From the NCBI GenBank assembly GCA_017450465.1, contig JAFSUW010000012.1:4035-68034 (forward strand): a DNA stretch of 64,000 nt, read 5' to 3'. Shown here one piece after another: positions 36,314-45,929 of this stretch. The first letter of the stretch is position 1, and each line of letters starts with the position of its first letter. A program made the position numbers and the translations under genes. The notes beneath the pieces were generated by a model, which was not told the DNA's origin, did not search any database, and saw only the letters and a program-made list of their open reading frames with translations. This stretch comes from Clostridia bacterium. Its GTDB lineage: Bacteria; Bacillota; Clostridia; TANB77; RGIG9151.

Positions 36314-37153
36314 ATGAGAGTTGGTTTAGCTTTAGAGGGCGGAGCTATGAGAGGTCTTTATACTGCAGGGGTATTAGATATGTTTTTAGAAAATAATATA
36401 AAAGTTGATGTTATTGTTGGAGTGTCTGCTGGAGTATTATTTGGAGCAAATTATATGTCTAATCAAAAAGGAAGAGCAATTCGTTATAATAAAAGATTTA
36501 TTAAAGATAAAAGGTATATGGGTTTTTGGTCGTTATTGCGAACGGGAAATATAGTAAACAAAGATTTTGCGTATTATGATGTCCCATTTAATTTAGATAT
36601 ATTTGATGAGGAAACATTTGAAAAATCTAATTGTGAATTTTATGCTACAGTTACAAATGTTGAAACAGGAAAACCCGAATATTTTAAGGTTAATAATGTT
36701 TTTAAGGAAATGGAGCTATTAAGAGCAACATCAGCAATGCCTATTGTTTCAAAGATGGTTGAGTGGCAGGGAAAGAAGTATTTAGATGGTGGAATTTCGG
36801 ATAGCATTCCAATAGATAAATGTAAGAAACTAAAATGTGATAAAATAATAGTTGTTCTTACAAGACCTGCTGATTACAAAAAGAAGAAATCGAATAATGT
36901 TATTAGCAATTTAATGTATAGAAAGTATCCAAATTTAGTAAATACAATCAATAATAGATATTTAGAATATAATAACACTTTAGAAAAGATTTTTGATTTA
37001 GAAAACAAAAAAGAGATTTTTGTGTTAAGACCATCGAAAGATTTACACATTAAACGAATAGAAAAAGATGCACAAAAGTTACAAGATATATATGATTTGG
37101 GTAAGAATGATTGTATAAATAATATTAAAAAATTAAAAGAATACTTAAAATGA
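36314..37153 (+). CDS. Patatin-like phospholipase. Start moved to the ATG behind a GGAGG RBS.
   Basis: 'GLALEGGAMRG', nucleophile motif 'GVSAG', 'DGG' Asp motif. Confidence 0.85.
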   Translation: MRVGLALEGGAMRGLYTAGVLDMFLENNIKVDVIVGVSAGVLFGANYMSNQKGRAIRYNKRFIKDKRYMGFWSLLRTGNIVNKDFAYYDVPFNLDIFDEETFEKSNCEFYATVTNVETGKPEYFKVNNVFKEMELLRATSAMPIVSKMVEWQGKKYLDGGISDSIPIDKCKKLKCDKIIVVLTRPADYKKKKSNNVISNLMYRKYPNLVNTINNRYLEYNNTLEKIFDLENKKEIFVLRPSKDLHIKRIEKDAQKLQDIYDLGKNDCINNIKKLKEYLK

Positions 37154-37168
37154 GGGAGGTTAAACCAA

Positions 37169-37597
37169 ATGAAAGCTGCAGTTAGATATTATTCAAGAGG
37201 TGGTAATACTAAAAAATTGGCTGAAGCGGTTTCAAAAGCTATCGATGTGCCAGCTAAAACAACTAGTGAGCCACTTACAGAAGATGTAGATGTTTTATTT
37301 TTGGGTAGCTCGGTTTATGCATATGGTGTTGATGACAACGTTAAAGAATTTATAAAAAATATAAACGTAAAGGTTGGTAAAGTAGTTAATTTTAGTACCG
37401 CAGCAATCGTAAAATCAACCTATAATCAAGTAAAAAAATTGTTAGATGAAAAGGGTATTACGATGGCAAAAGAAGAATTTTATTGTAAGGGCTCGTTTGG
37501 CCCTTTACATAGAGGGAAACCAAATGAAAAAGATTTAAAAGAAGTGACAGATTTTGCAAAAAGATATGTGAAAAAGAATAAAAAAGTAGGTATTTAA
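37169..37597 (+). CDS. Flavodoxin-like protein
   Basis: 'YYSRGGNTKKLAEA' and 'LFLGSSVY' are typical of short flavodoxin-fold proteins. Confidence 0.65.
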   Translation: MKAAVRYYSRGGNTKKLAEAVSKAIDVPAKTTSEPLTEDVDVLFLGSSVYAYGVDDNVKEFIKNINVKVGKVVNFSTAAIVKSTYNQVKKLLDEKGITMAKEEFYCKGSFGPLHRGKPNEKDLKEVTDFAKRYVKKNKKVGI

Positions 37598-37608
37598 TAC
37601 CTACTTTT

Positions 37609-39021
37609 TTATTCTTTAATTTTATTTTTTAATGTTATTATATAAACTATAAACAATCCAAAAGCAAATAAAAATCCGGTTGGATATGCAATTTTCATAG
37701 AAAGTCCAAAGCCCTCGTCTGCCATGAATATATATGTTAAGCTTACTGCCGACATAAAACTAGCTGGAATAGCAGTTAGTAGTGAACCCAATTTATATTT
37801 CCCTTCACGTATTAAATAAGCAGTAGCAACCCAAAGTGAAATCATAGCAAGAGTTTGGTTACTCCAAGAAAAATATCTCCAAAGTACATTGAAGTCTAAT
37901 TGTGTTAAAATAGCACCAACAGTAAGAAGTGGAAGAGTAATAAAAAGTCTATTTTTTATTTTCTTCTGGTCTAAGTTTGTAATTTCGGCAAGTATCAATC
38001 TTGCACTACGAAATGCAGTATCGCCTGATGAAATAGGGCATATTACTACGCCAACTATTGCGAGTATTCCGCCAACAACACCAAGCATTGTTTTAGATAT
38101 TTCATAAATAGTACCCGATTGACCTAGTGTAGATATTGCATTATATAGTACTTCTGATGTACCATAAAAAGCAACACCTGCAGCAGCCCAGATAAGTGCT
38201 ATGACTGATTCTGCTATCATGGCACCATAGAAAATATTTCTTCCTTGTTTTTCACTTGTTATGCATTTTGCAATCATAGGAGATTGTGTAGCATGGAAGC
38301 CGGAAATAGCACCACAGGCAACAGTTACAAACATAAATGGCCATACAGGAAGATTTGTAGGATGAAAATTCTTAAGTGTTATTTCTGGAATTGTGTATCC
38401 GCCCCAAATTGTCCCACCAAGCACACAAGCTGCCATTACTATTAGTATTATACCGAATAATGGATATAACTTTCCAATTACCTTGTCAATAGGCATAAGT
38501 GTTGCAAGTATGTAGTATGCAATAATAACTATAATCCAAAAATTTTCGTTTAATGCACTAGGTGTTATTTGAGCAATTAAAGCTGCAGGGCTGTTTATAA
38601 ATACCGTACCAGTAAGAACCAGTAGTACTATTGAAAAAATACGCATAATCCATTTAACTTTGTTTCCAAGGTAAATGCCAGATAATTCTGCTATAGAATC
38701 ACCTTCGTGTCTACAAGATATCATGCCGGACATATAGTCGTGAACAGCACCGCCTAAAATAGAACCGAAAACAATCCATAAAAATACGATAGGCCCAAAA
38801 CATGCACCCATAATTGCACCAAAAATTGGTCCTGTTCCAGCGATGTTTAATAATTGTATCAAAAATGCTTTCCATGGTTTCATAGGTACACAGTCTACAC
38901 CATCATTAACGGCAATAGCAGGTGTTTCTCTGTTATCTGGCATAAAAATATGCTCGGTTAGTTTGCCGTATATTGCAAAACCAATTAGTAAAATTAATAA
39001 AGATAAGCATAAAGAAATCAT
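37609..39021 (-). CDS. cstA: Carbon starvation protein CstA (short form)
   Basis: 470-aa polytopic protein with 'NIAGTGPIFGAIMGA' and 'GGAVHDY'. Confidence 0.85.
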   Translation of the reverse strand: MISLCLSLLILLIGFAIYGKLTEHIFMPDNRETPAIAVNDGVDCVPMKPWKAFLIQLLNIAGTGPIFGAIMGACFGPIVFLWIVFGSILGGAVHDYMSGMISCRHEGDSIAELSGIYLGNKVKWIMRIFSIVLLVLTGTVFINSPAALIAQITPSALNENFWIIVIIAYYILATLMPIDKVIGKLYPLFGIILIVMAACVLGGTIWGGYTIPEITLKNFHPTNLPVWPFMFVTVACGAISGFHATQSPMIAKCITSEKQGRNIFYGAMIAESVIALIWAAAGVAFYGTSEVLYNAISTLGQSGTIYEISKTMLGVVGGILAIVGVVICPISSGDTAFRSARLILAEITNLDQKKIKNRLFITLPLLTVGAILTQLDFNVLWRYFSWSNQTLAMISLWVATAYLIREGKYKLGSLLTAIPASFMSAVSLTYIFMADEGFGLSMKIAYPTGFLFAFGLFIVYIITLKNKIKE

Positions 39022-39137
39022 TTTTAATCACCTTTCCAGCAATATTTTATTATAAAAAATTATAACATTTGAAAATTGAAAAATCAAACACGGTATTAAT
39101 GATAATTAGTAAAAAAATATATTTTTATGTAATTTAG

Positions 39138-39166
39138 TAGACAATAATCTGTGTATGTGATATATT
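39138..39166 (+). promoter_or_regulatory. Promoter of the amidoligase-like gene
   Basis: TAGACA, 17-nt spacer, (TGa)TATATT. Confidence 0.5.
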
Positions 39167-39168
39167 GT

Positions 39169-39196
39169 TGTCATAAATTGTATACAATTTATGACA
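39169..39196 (+). promoter_or_regulatory. Perfect 28-bp palindrome (candidate operator) between the -10 and the RBS
   Basis: TGTCATAAATTGTA|TACAATTTATGACA with no mismatch. Confidence 0.6.
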
Positions 39197-39208
39197 GGAG
39201 GCAGTAAA

Positions 39209-41065
39209 ATGGAGCAAGAAGATGTAGCAGAAAAAGTAACAGCAGACAAATTAAAAGATATAAAAATACACAAATTATTTTTGAAAAATAAATTAAATTT
39301 ACCAGATTACGTTAAATTTGGCTTTGAAATAGAAGCATTAATTGATTATAAAAAATTAGACAAGATTATAGACCAGTACAATGAAGAAAATAGGTTTTGT
39401 AATCCAAATTTTTCTGCCGCAGATGAAACTACTATATTGTTCGAAGAGAATGAATATGGTGGACTAGATTGGAGTGTTGGCGCAGAAATTATAACACCAA
39501 TATTAAGTGATAGTGAAGCAACGTGGCAGGACATTGTAACTGCTTGTGATTACTTAAAAGATAATGCAGAGTGTACTGAAAATTGCAGTATACATACAAA
39601 TATAGGAGCTGAGGCACTAGGTAGTAATTATAAAAATTGGTATAATTTTTGTAAGATTGTTGCAGCAATAGAACCAGAAATATATAGATATTTAGCAAGA
39701 GGAAAAAGTATAAGAAGTTGTGCAATAAATGGTGGCTTTAGGTCGTCATATGCGATGCCTGTAGCGGAAAATATAATGCGTGGACTTAGTAAAAGTGATA
39801 ATGTAAATGATATTAATGTGCTATTAAATAATTGTGGGTTTAATGGTACTTTTCAGCAAAGAAAAGATAAATCCATTTCGCTTAAAGCATTATACGAGGA
39901 TGACGACAATATGATTGCTCCTGAAAAGTTAGATATTCCGACAGAAGGGCAAAGAATAGAATTTAGGATGGCTAATGGAACATTTAACCCAGAAGAAATA
40001 CAAAATGATTTATATGTTATTATAAAAATCATTGAACTTGCAAGAAATTTGACGCCTGAAAAAGACATGATAGTAGATAGGTTGTTAAGGCGAGATTTGC
40101 CAGAAAATTATAATGATACATTAGATATATCATATGTTTTGGATGTTGCTAATTTATTATTTGATAGTAAAAACGATAAATTACATTTTTTAAATAGGAC
40201 AAAAAGAAGACCAGAAATAGATAATACATTTAGTGGTAAAGATGAAGTATTACATTTATTAAAACAAGGCAATATGATATTAGAATTAGTGCCCGAATTT
40301 GCTAGTGATAGAGAAGTTGTATTAGAGGCAGTAAAGCATGGTGGAGCACAGCTTAAATATGCAAGTGAGGATTTAAAGAACGATAGAGAAATTGTAACAA
40401 TAGCTATAAGTAACTATGGAAGAGCATTAGAATATGCAGGCGAGGATTTAAAGAATGATAGGGAACTTGTGTTATTAGCAGTACAAAATGGTTTATCGTT
40501 AAAAGGTGTAAATGAAAAGTTTAAGAGTGATAGAGAAGTTGTACTTGAGGCAGTTAAGTCTAATGGTATGGCTGTAACATTTGCAGATAAGAAATTTTTT
40601 GATGACAAAGAAATAATGTTTGAGGTAGTAAAGAGTGTTCCTAGTTTAATAAAAGAAGCTAGCGATACTATAAAAGATGATGAAAAAATTATTTTAAGAG
40701 CAGTAAAAAATGATGCACGAATATTAAAATATGCAAGTGAAAGAATAATAAGTGATAAAAAAATAATGTTAGAAGCAGTAAAAAGAAATGCTCTTGCACT
40801 TGGTTGGGCAAGTGCTGAATTAAAGGCGGATAGAGAATTTGTGCTTAAAGCAGTTAAAGCAGATGGACGAGCAATTATTTGTGTTAGTGAAAGTGAAAAT
40901 TTTGCGAGTGATAGGGAAATTGTATTAGAGGCTGCCAAAACTTATCCAAGAGCAATTTTGTTTGCAAGTTCCGAACTTAGTGAAGATAAAGAGTTTTGTG
41001 CGGAAGTAGAAAGGGTACAAAAGAAAGAACGTAGTAAACGTGAAAGAGGATTAATAGAGCATTAG
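39209..41065 (+). CDS. Fusion of an Amidoligase_2-like domain (GS-like amidoligase) to about ten DUF4116-type repeats. Start moved to the ATG behind an AGGAGG RBS.
   Basis: N-terminal 'FGFEIEA', 'GAEIITP', 'CSIHTNIG', 'RIEFRMANGT'. C-terminal repeats of about 30 aa: 'DREVVLEAVK..G.AL.YASE.LK.'. Confidence 0.6.
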   Translation: MEQEDVAEKVTADKLKDIKIHKLFLKNKLNLPDYVKFGFEIEALIDYKKLDKIIDQYNEENRFCNPNFSAADETTILFEENEYGGLDWSVGAEIITPILSDSEATWQDIVTACDYLKDNAECTENCSIHTNIGAEALGSNYKNWYNFCKIVAAIEPEIYRYLARGKSIRSCAINGGFRSSYAMPVAENIMRGLSKSDNVNDINVLLNNCGFNGTFQQRKDKSISLKALYEDDDNMIAPEKLDIPTEGQRIEFRMANGTFNPEEIQNDLYVIIKIIELARNLTPEKDMIVDRLLRRDLPENYNDTLDISYVLDVANLLFDSKNDKLHFLNRTKRRPEIDNTFSGKDEVLHLLKQGNMILELVPEFASDREVVLEAVKHGGAQLKYASEDLKNDREIVTIAISNYGRALEYAGEDLKNDRELVLLAVQNGLSLKGVNEKFKSDREVVLEAVKSNGMAVTFADKKFFDDKEIMFEVVKSVPSLIKEASDTIKDDEKIILRAVKNDARILKYASERIISDKKIMLEAVKRNALALGWASAELKADREFVLKAVKADGRAIICVSESENFASDREIVLEAAKTYPRAILFASSELSEDKEFCAEVERVQKKERSKRERGLIEH

Positions 41066-41171
41066 AATTTTGATTGACATAAATAAAAATAGGTGATAGA
41101 ATTCTTAAAGAATAAAAGAACGCAGATCCACGTTGTGGAGGAAGTAATCAGCCAAATTTTTGGAGGTGTTT

Positions 41172-41615
41172 ATGATTTTTATAGGTCTTTTGATCGTGGT
41201 AGCAGGCATTTTCATGTTTTTGATAGCAAAGTATAGTGGAAAAATGTCTGTTGACAATGTTTTTTCGGTGTCATTTCTTTTCGGAATTCTGTTTTTAATA
41301 CTTGCATGTCTTGCATTCTACTCGGTAAGCAAATCATTTTACACAGAGGAATATGTATTGGTAAACGCAGAAAAGATAGTTGCTACAAATTATGGAGAGT
41401 ATACTGTAAAAGATAACAAAATATATTATCGTGACGAAAATATGAATACTAAAGTTATCCCGCTAAATAAAGTAAAAAGTGGCACACGAAGTGAAGAACC
41501 GTACATAGAAGAATTTAGGATAGAGAGGAAGTACACTAAAGATAATTTTATAACAAAAATAGATAAGTCTCTTTATAGACCAAAAGTAATTTATGTATTA
41601 CATACATCAGACTAA
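41172..41615 (+). CDS. Hypothetical membrane protein
   Basis: GGAGG RBS. Two N-terminal TM helices and a soluble tail. No recognised family. Confidence 0.45.
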   Translation: MIFIGLLIVVAGIFMFLIAKYSGKMSVDNVFSVSFLFGILFLILACLAFYSVSKSFYTEEYVLVNAEKIVATNYGEYTVKDNKIYYRDENMNTKVIPLNKVKSGTRSEEPYIEEFRIERKYTKDNFITKIDKSLYRPKVIYVLHTSD

Positions 41616-41624
41616 AACCTTAAG

Positions 41625-41658
41625 GCCCTGCAATAAACAAATTGCAGGGCTATTTTTT
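41625..41658 (+). terminator. Rho-independent terminator
   Basis: gccctgcaat-aaacaa-attgcagggc followed by a T-run. Confidence 0.75.
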
Positions 41659-41663
41659 GTATC

Positions 41664-41706
41664 TAAAAAAACATCTCTTAAGTCATTAGGCCTAAGAGAT
41701 GTTTTA
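41664..41706 (-). terminator. Terminator of the SLH surface-protein gene
   Basis: acatctctta...taagagatgt hairpin flanked by A and T runs. Confidence 0.65.
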
Positions 41707-41715
41707 TTTTACTTA

Positions 41716-44700
41716 TTAAAGATTACTGTAGTAATTATATAAGAATGTTACTATTTGTGCACGTGTGCAGTCGTTGTTAGGACTAAATGTTGTCTTTGTT
41801 GTGCCATGAGTAATATTATTTGTATATGCCCATATTACAGAATTAAAGAAGTAATCTTCTTCAGTTACATCAGTAAATGGATTTTCGCCTTCGCTGTTAG
41901 CATTGCTTAAGTTATATAAGAATGTAACTGCTTGAGCACGAGTTACTATATTATCTGGGCTAAATGTTGTTTCTGATGTCCCAGCTGTAACACCATTTTC
42001 GTAAGCCCAAAGAACTGCTTTATAATAATAGTCGTTTTCGTTTACATCAGTAAATGGATTATTAGTTGTAGTTGGTGTTGGTTTTCCTGCAGCGTTCCAA
42101 ATAAATGTAACTGTTTGAGCACGTGTTGCAGAATTATCAGGGCTAAATGTTGTTTTTGATGTGCCACTTGTAATGTTGTGGTCTATTGCCCAATTTACTG
42201 CACCAAAGAAGTAATCTTCTTCATGTACGTCACTAAATTGTAAACCTGAAGTTGTTTCATTTTCTTTGTTTCCTTCGTTTTCTTCGTTTTCACCATCTTC
42301 ATCAATGATAATATATTCTTCAGTAGCAAATGTAGCATTAACTGTTACATCACTATTAGGCATAGAGAAAGTATATTTATTATTTTCACCAGCTAATGTA
42401 ACCTTTTCACCATTTTTAGTAGTTACTTCAATTTTATCAAGTTCATAATTTTCATTTGGAGTTACTGTAAGTGTTATAGTAGTACCTTTTGAAGCACTAG
42501 TAGCACTTGAAGTAACTTTACCATTTTCTATTGTAGCTACTGTAACTTTATAAGTTGTTGGTGAACTACTACCGCCGCCACCACTAGATGTTTTTCTAGT
42601 CCATTGTGCAAATACTGTTGTGTCTTCAGTAAATATTGTGTCAGTTGTGATTTTTGTACCATCAGTTGCTTCAGTATACCATCCCTTGAAGTTATAACCA
42701 GAACGTTGTTTTGTTGGGTTAGGTATTTCATCTAATTTACCATTTGCACCAGTTAATGTAGAGTAAGGTTGTAAAACTTCTTCACCTTCATCAAATGTAA
42801 CTGTATGAGTGTTATTTGGTACATCTATAGCAATTTTTATTTCTGTTCCATCAAGAACGTCTTCAGTTCTTACTGATACAGGTTCATCATCATTTATATA
42901 AACATTTAATTCATCTGCAAATACATATCCGCTTTCTGGTACTAATCCGATAGTAAGATAATATGTATGATCAGCTTCAAATGTATCTGGTGTTCCATAT
43001 TTTTCATCAGTCCATGATGCATAGCTTACTGTGTAATGCTCACCGTCATCAAGCGCAGGTTCAAAATATTCATCACCATGAATTGGAAGTGTAACATTAT
43101 TAAATGCAACTTCTTCGATTAGTATTAGAGCAGGAATATTTGCAATGGTTAAAGTTTGTTCTTCAAAATATTCTGCTTCAAATGTTGCTGTATAAGTAGT
43201 TTCACCAGGTGCTTCTACTGTAGGATCTAATGTTACTTCAGAAATTGTATTTACTTGTTCAGTTTGAATATGAGTTTCATCATTTCCACAAACTCTAGTT
43301 GCGGTAACACTGCTATTATCTGCAGCCCAATCATATGTAGGTTCGCTCCAGTCATGAGTTAATGCAGGAACTACATGAGGTGTTCTGCTAAGTTCTTCGC
43401 CACATGTAGAGCAGTAGATAACTTCGTCATAAGAACCGTCTTCTTCACAAGTAACTGGAACTTCATTTTCAGTTACAGGATCTGCTTCAGTATGACCGGT
43501 AGCAGGAATTTCATTTGGTGTTCTACTAATTTCTTCGCCACAAACTGAGCAGTAGATAACTTCGTCATAAGAACCGTCTTCTTCACAAGTAACTGGAACT
43601 TCATTTTCAGTTACAGCATCAGCTTCTGTATGACCAGTAGCAGGAATTTCATTTGGTGTTCTACTAAGTTCTTCGTTACAGGTAGAGCAGTAGATAACTT
43701 CATCATAAGAACCAGCTTCAGTACAAGTTGGCTCTATAGTATTTTCTTCTACGGGATCAGCTTCAGTGTGACCAGTAGCAGGAATAACCTCATGAGTTCT
43801 ACTAAGTTCTTCACCACATGTAGAGCAGTAAATAACTTCATCGTAAGAACCATCCTCTGTACAAGTTGGATCTACGGTATTTTCTTCTACAGGGTCAGCA
43901 TCAGTGTGACCAGTAGCAGGAATAACATTTGGAGTTCTACTAAGTTCTTCGTTACAGGTAGAGCAGTAGATAACTTCATCATAAGAACCAGCTTCTGTAC
44001 AAGTTGGATCTACAGTATTTTCTTCTACAGGGTCAGCATCAGTGTGACCAGTAGCAGGAATTTCATTTGGTGTCCTACTAAGTTCTTCGCCACAAACTGA
44101 ACAGTAGATAACTTCGTCATAAGAACCAGCTTCTGTACAAGTTGGATCAATAGTGTTTTCTTCTACAGGATCAGCTTCAGTGTGTGAAGCAGGAATAATT
44201 TCTTGAGTTCTACTAAGTTCAACTCCACAGTTAGAACAGTAAACAACTTCGTCATAAGAACCGTCTTCTGTGCAAGTTGCATCAACAGTGTTTTCGGTTA
44301 CAGGATCTGCTTCAGTATGAGCTGATGGTGCTATAAGAACTATTTCAACATCATCAGTAGGAGTACCAGAAACAGTTATTTGTGTTGCAGAATTTCTTGT
44401 AACAGTAACACCGTTTTCTCCATCTACTTCATATGTTTCAGGGAAGCAGTATCCTTCATTAGCTTCGTATACAACATCTGTCATGTCTTCTTCAACAATA
44501 ACATCTTGTTCGTCTTCTCCAGATGTTTTAGTCATATTATCTGCAATTGTTATAGTAACACTATATGTTGATGGTGGATTTGGAACTAAAAATTCAACCA
44601 TCTCGTCACCATCTAGTTTAGAAATGACAAGCGAATTATCTTCATCGCTTCCAGTATATATTACATATTGTTCGCCATCACAAATTACTGTGGTAAATCT

Positions 44701-45723
44701 ATTGTAACCAGATAAAATAGCAGTATCTGCGGTTACATCTTCTACAAATGTTCCATCTTGATAGAAGTTTAATGTAGTACCACTAATTGTAGCATAATAA
44801 ATTTCTGAATCATCTATTGTTATATCAGCGGCTGTTACTGTTGTAGTTAATTCTGTTTCTTCAATTTTTACGTTGTCATTAACAACAAAATATTTTCCGC
44901 TTTGACTTAATAAAGTATAGAAATCTGTACCATCGCTACATACATCAACAACTCTACCACTACTATTAGTGTCTAGAGAAGTACCATTGGCAGTGAAGTG
45001 AAAAGCGTAGCCATTCCATGCACCTGAACCATTAGTCCAGTCATATGTATGAATATCAAATGAAACTTGAACTTTTTCATCTCCAGCAGCAATTTTTATA
45101 GGAGCAACCATTTCATCATACCATCTGCCCCAACTATCGCCGTAACCAGTACAATTTGCTATAACTGTTTTTACAAATTTGCCAGATGCATTTGTTGCAT
45201 ACATGCCATCTGGTTTTCTGTAACTATCGTCTTCAGCACCTTGAGTGTCAATGTATGATATATAAGCATTTCCTTCATTATCAACACAAATATCTACAGA
45301 TGATAACACACCTACTTTTTCGTTGCAGTTGTTTGATTCGATAATTTCTTCATCTGCCCAGCCAGATCTTCTTTGATACGTGTATGCAATTTCATCATCT
45401 GAATTTACATACGCTACATGTGCAGTACTGCCATCAAGAGCAAGTGCTGCTTCTTTAGCAGTAGGAGCTGTTTCGCCAACTGGTTCTTCAGTCCATTCAT
45501 CATTTGATGGATCATATACACCGTAGTATAAAGCACCACCGCTAATTGTGCCAGAACTTGCTGTGCCACCTTTGATGAACAAAACAGCAATAGTGCCATC
45601 TGGCAAAGTTTCAGCATCCATTAGATAACGTGCGTTATCGCTGGTTGCGAGTACTGTGTTTGGCAATAATGTAATGCAAAAAATAATTGCCATTAAAACA
45701 CAAAAGACTTTTTTTGCTTTCAT
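41716..45723 (-). CDS. Large S-layer-homology (SLH) anchored surface protein with Cys-containing tandem modules
   Basis: Signal peptide. Seven 46-aa repeats. Flg_new-like 'GYNFKGWYTE...FAQW'. Three C-terminal SLH motifs ('F.DV...DYF..AV.WA....IT.GTS.TTFSPDN..TRAQ.VTF'). Confidence 0.85.
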   Translation of the reverse strand: MKAKKVFCVLMAIIFCITLLPNTVLATSDNARYLMDAETLPDGTIAVLFIKGGTASSGTISGGALYYGVYDPSNDEWTEEPVGETAPTAKEAALALDGSTAHVAYVNSDDEIAYTYQRRSGWADEEIIESNNCNEKVGVLSSVDICVDNEGNAYISYIDTQGAEDDSYRKPDGMYATNASGKFVKTVIANCTGYGDSWGRWYDEMVAPIKIAAGDEKVQVSFDIHTYDWTNGSGAWNGYAFHFTANGTSLDTNSSGRVVDVCSDGTDFYTLLSQSGKYFVVNDNVKIEETELTTTVTAADITIDDSEIYYATISGTTLNFYQDGTFVEDVTADTAILSGYNRFTTVICDGEQYVIYTGSDEDNSLVISKLDGDEMVEFLVPNPPSTYSVTITIADNMTKTSGEDEQDVIVEEDMTDVVYEANEGYCFPETYEVDGENGVTVTRNSATQITVSGTPTDDVEIVLIAPSAHTEADPVTENTVDATCTEDGSYDEVVYCSNCGVELSRTQEIIPASHTEADPVEENTIDPTCTEAGSYDEVIYCSVCGEELSRTPNEIPATGHTDADPVEENTVDPTCTEAGSYDEVIYCSTCNEELSRTPNVIPATGHTDADPVEENTVDPTCTEDGSYDEVIYCSTCGEELSRTHEVIPATGHTEADPVEENTIEPTCTEAGSYDEVIYCSTCNEELSRTPNEIPATGHTEADAVTENEVPVTCEEDGSYDEVIYCSVCGEEISRTPNEIPATGHTEADPVTENEVPVTCEEDGSYDEVIYCSTCGEELSRTPHVVPALTHDWSEPTYDWAADNSSVTATRVCGNDETHIQTEQVNTISEVTLDPTVEAPGETTYTATFEAEYFEEQTLTIANIPALILIEEVAFNNVTLPIHGDEYFEPALDDGEHYTVSYASWTDEKYGTPDTFEADHTYYLTIGLVPESGYVFADELNVYINDDEPVSVRTEDVLDGTEIKIAIDVPNNTHTVTFDEGEEVLQPYSTLTGANGKLDEIPNPTKQRSGYNFKGWYTEATDGTKITTDTIFTEDTTVFAQWTRKTSSGGGGSSSPTTYKVTVATIENGKVTSSATSASKGTTITLTVTPNENYELDKIEVTTKNGEKVTLAGENNKYTFSMPNSDVTVNATFATEEYIIIDEDGENEENEGNKENETTSGLQFSDVHEEDYFFGAVNWAIDHNITSGTSKTTFSPDNSATRAQTVTFIWNAAGKPTPTTTNNPFTDVNENDYYYKAVLWAYENGVTAGTSETTFSPDNIVTRAQAVTFLYNLSNANSEGENPFTDVTEEDYFFNSVIWAYTNNITHGTTKTTFSPNNDCTRAQIVTFLYNYYSNL
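43351..44319 (-). repeat. Seven in-frame tandem repeats of 138 bp (46 aa)
   Basis: Unit 'HTEADPVEENTVDPTCTEAGSYDEVIYCSTCGEELSRTPNEIPATG'. Long identical DNA stretches recur with a 138-nt period. Confidence 0.85.
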
Positions 45724-45929
45724 AAGTTTTCCCCCTTATTTATATATAATGTTTAATTATGTACAAAATTTATGTAATGTAACAACATCTTATATGATAT
45801 CACATTTTTCCAATTATTGCAATAAAAATATTGAACAAGCATTATAAATATGCATTTCTTTCAATATCTAAACTAATAAAATATGTAACTTCTTTATTTT
45901 TTTCTTTAATTATGATAAAATACGTCTAG

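Noticed and set aside
35792-41706. A genomic island integrated at the tRNA cluster (patatin, flavodoxin, cstA, amidoligase fusion, membrane protein).
   Set aside because: The duplicated tRNA-Leu ends are only 160 bp apart. No integrase, recombinase or transposase ORF is present anywhere in the window. The downstream genes show no obvious shared compositional shift, so only the local scar is reported.
43351-44319. The possibility that the regular 138-bp repeats are a CRISPR-like array.
   Set aside because: The repeats are contiguous with no unique spacers. They lie in frame inside a 1335-aa ORF, encode a coherent 46-aa protein module, and no cas genes are present in the window.
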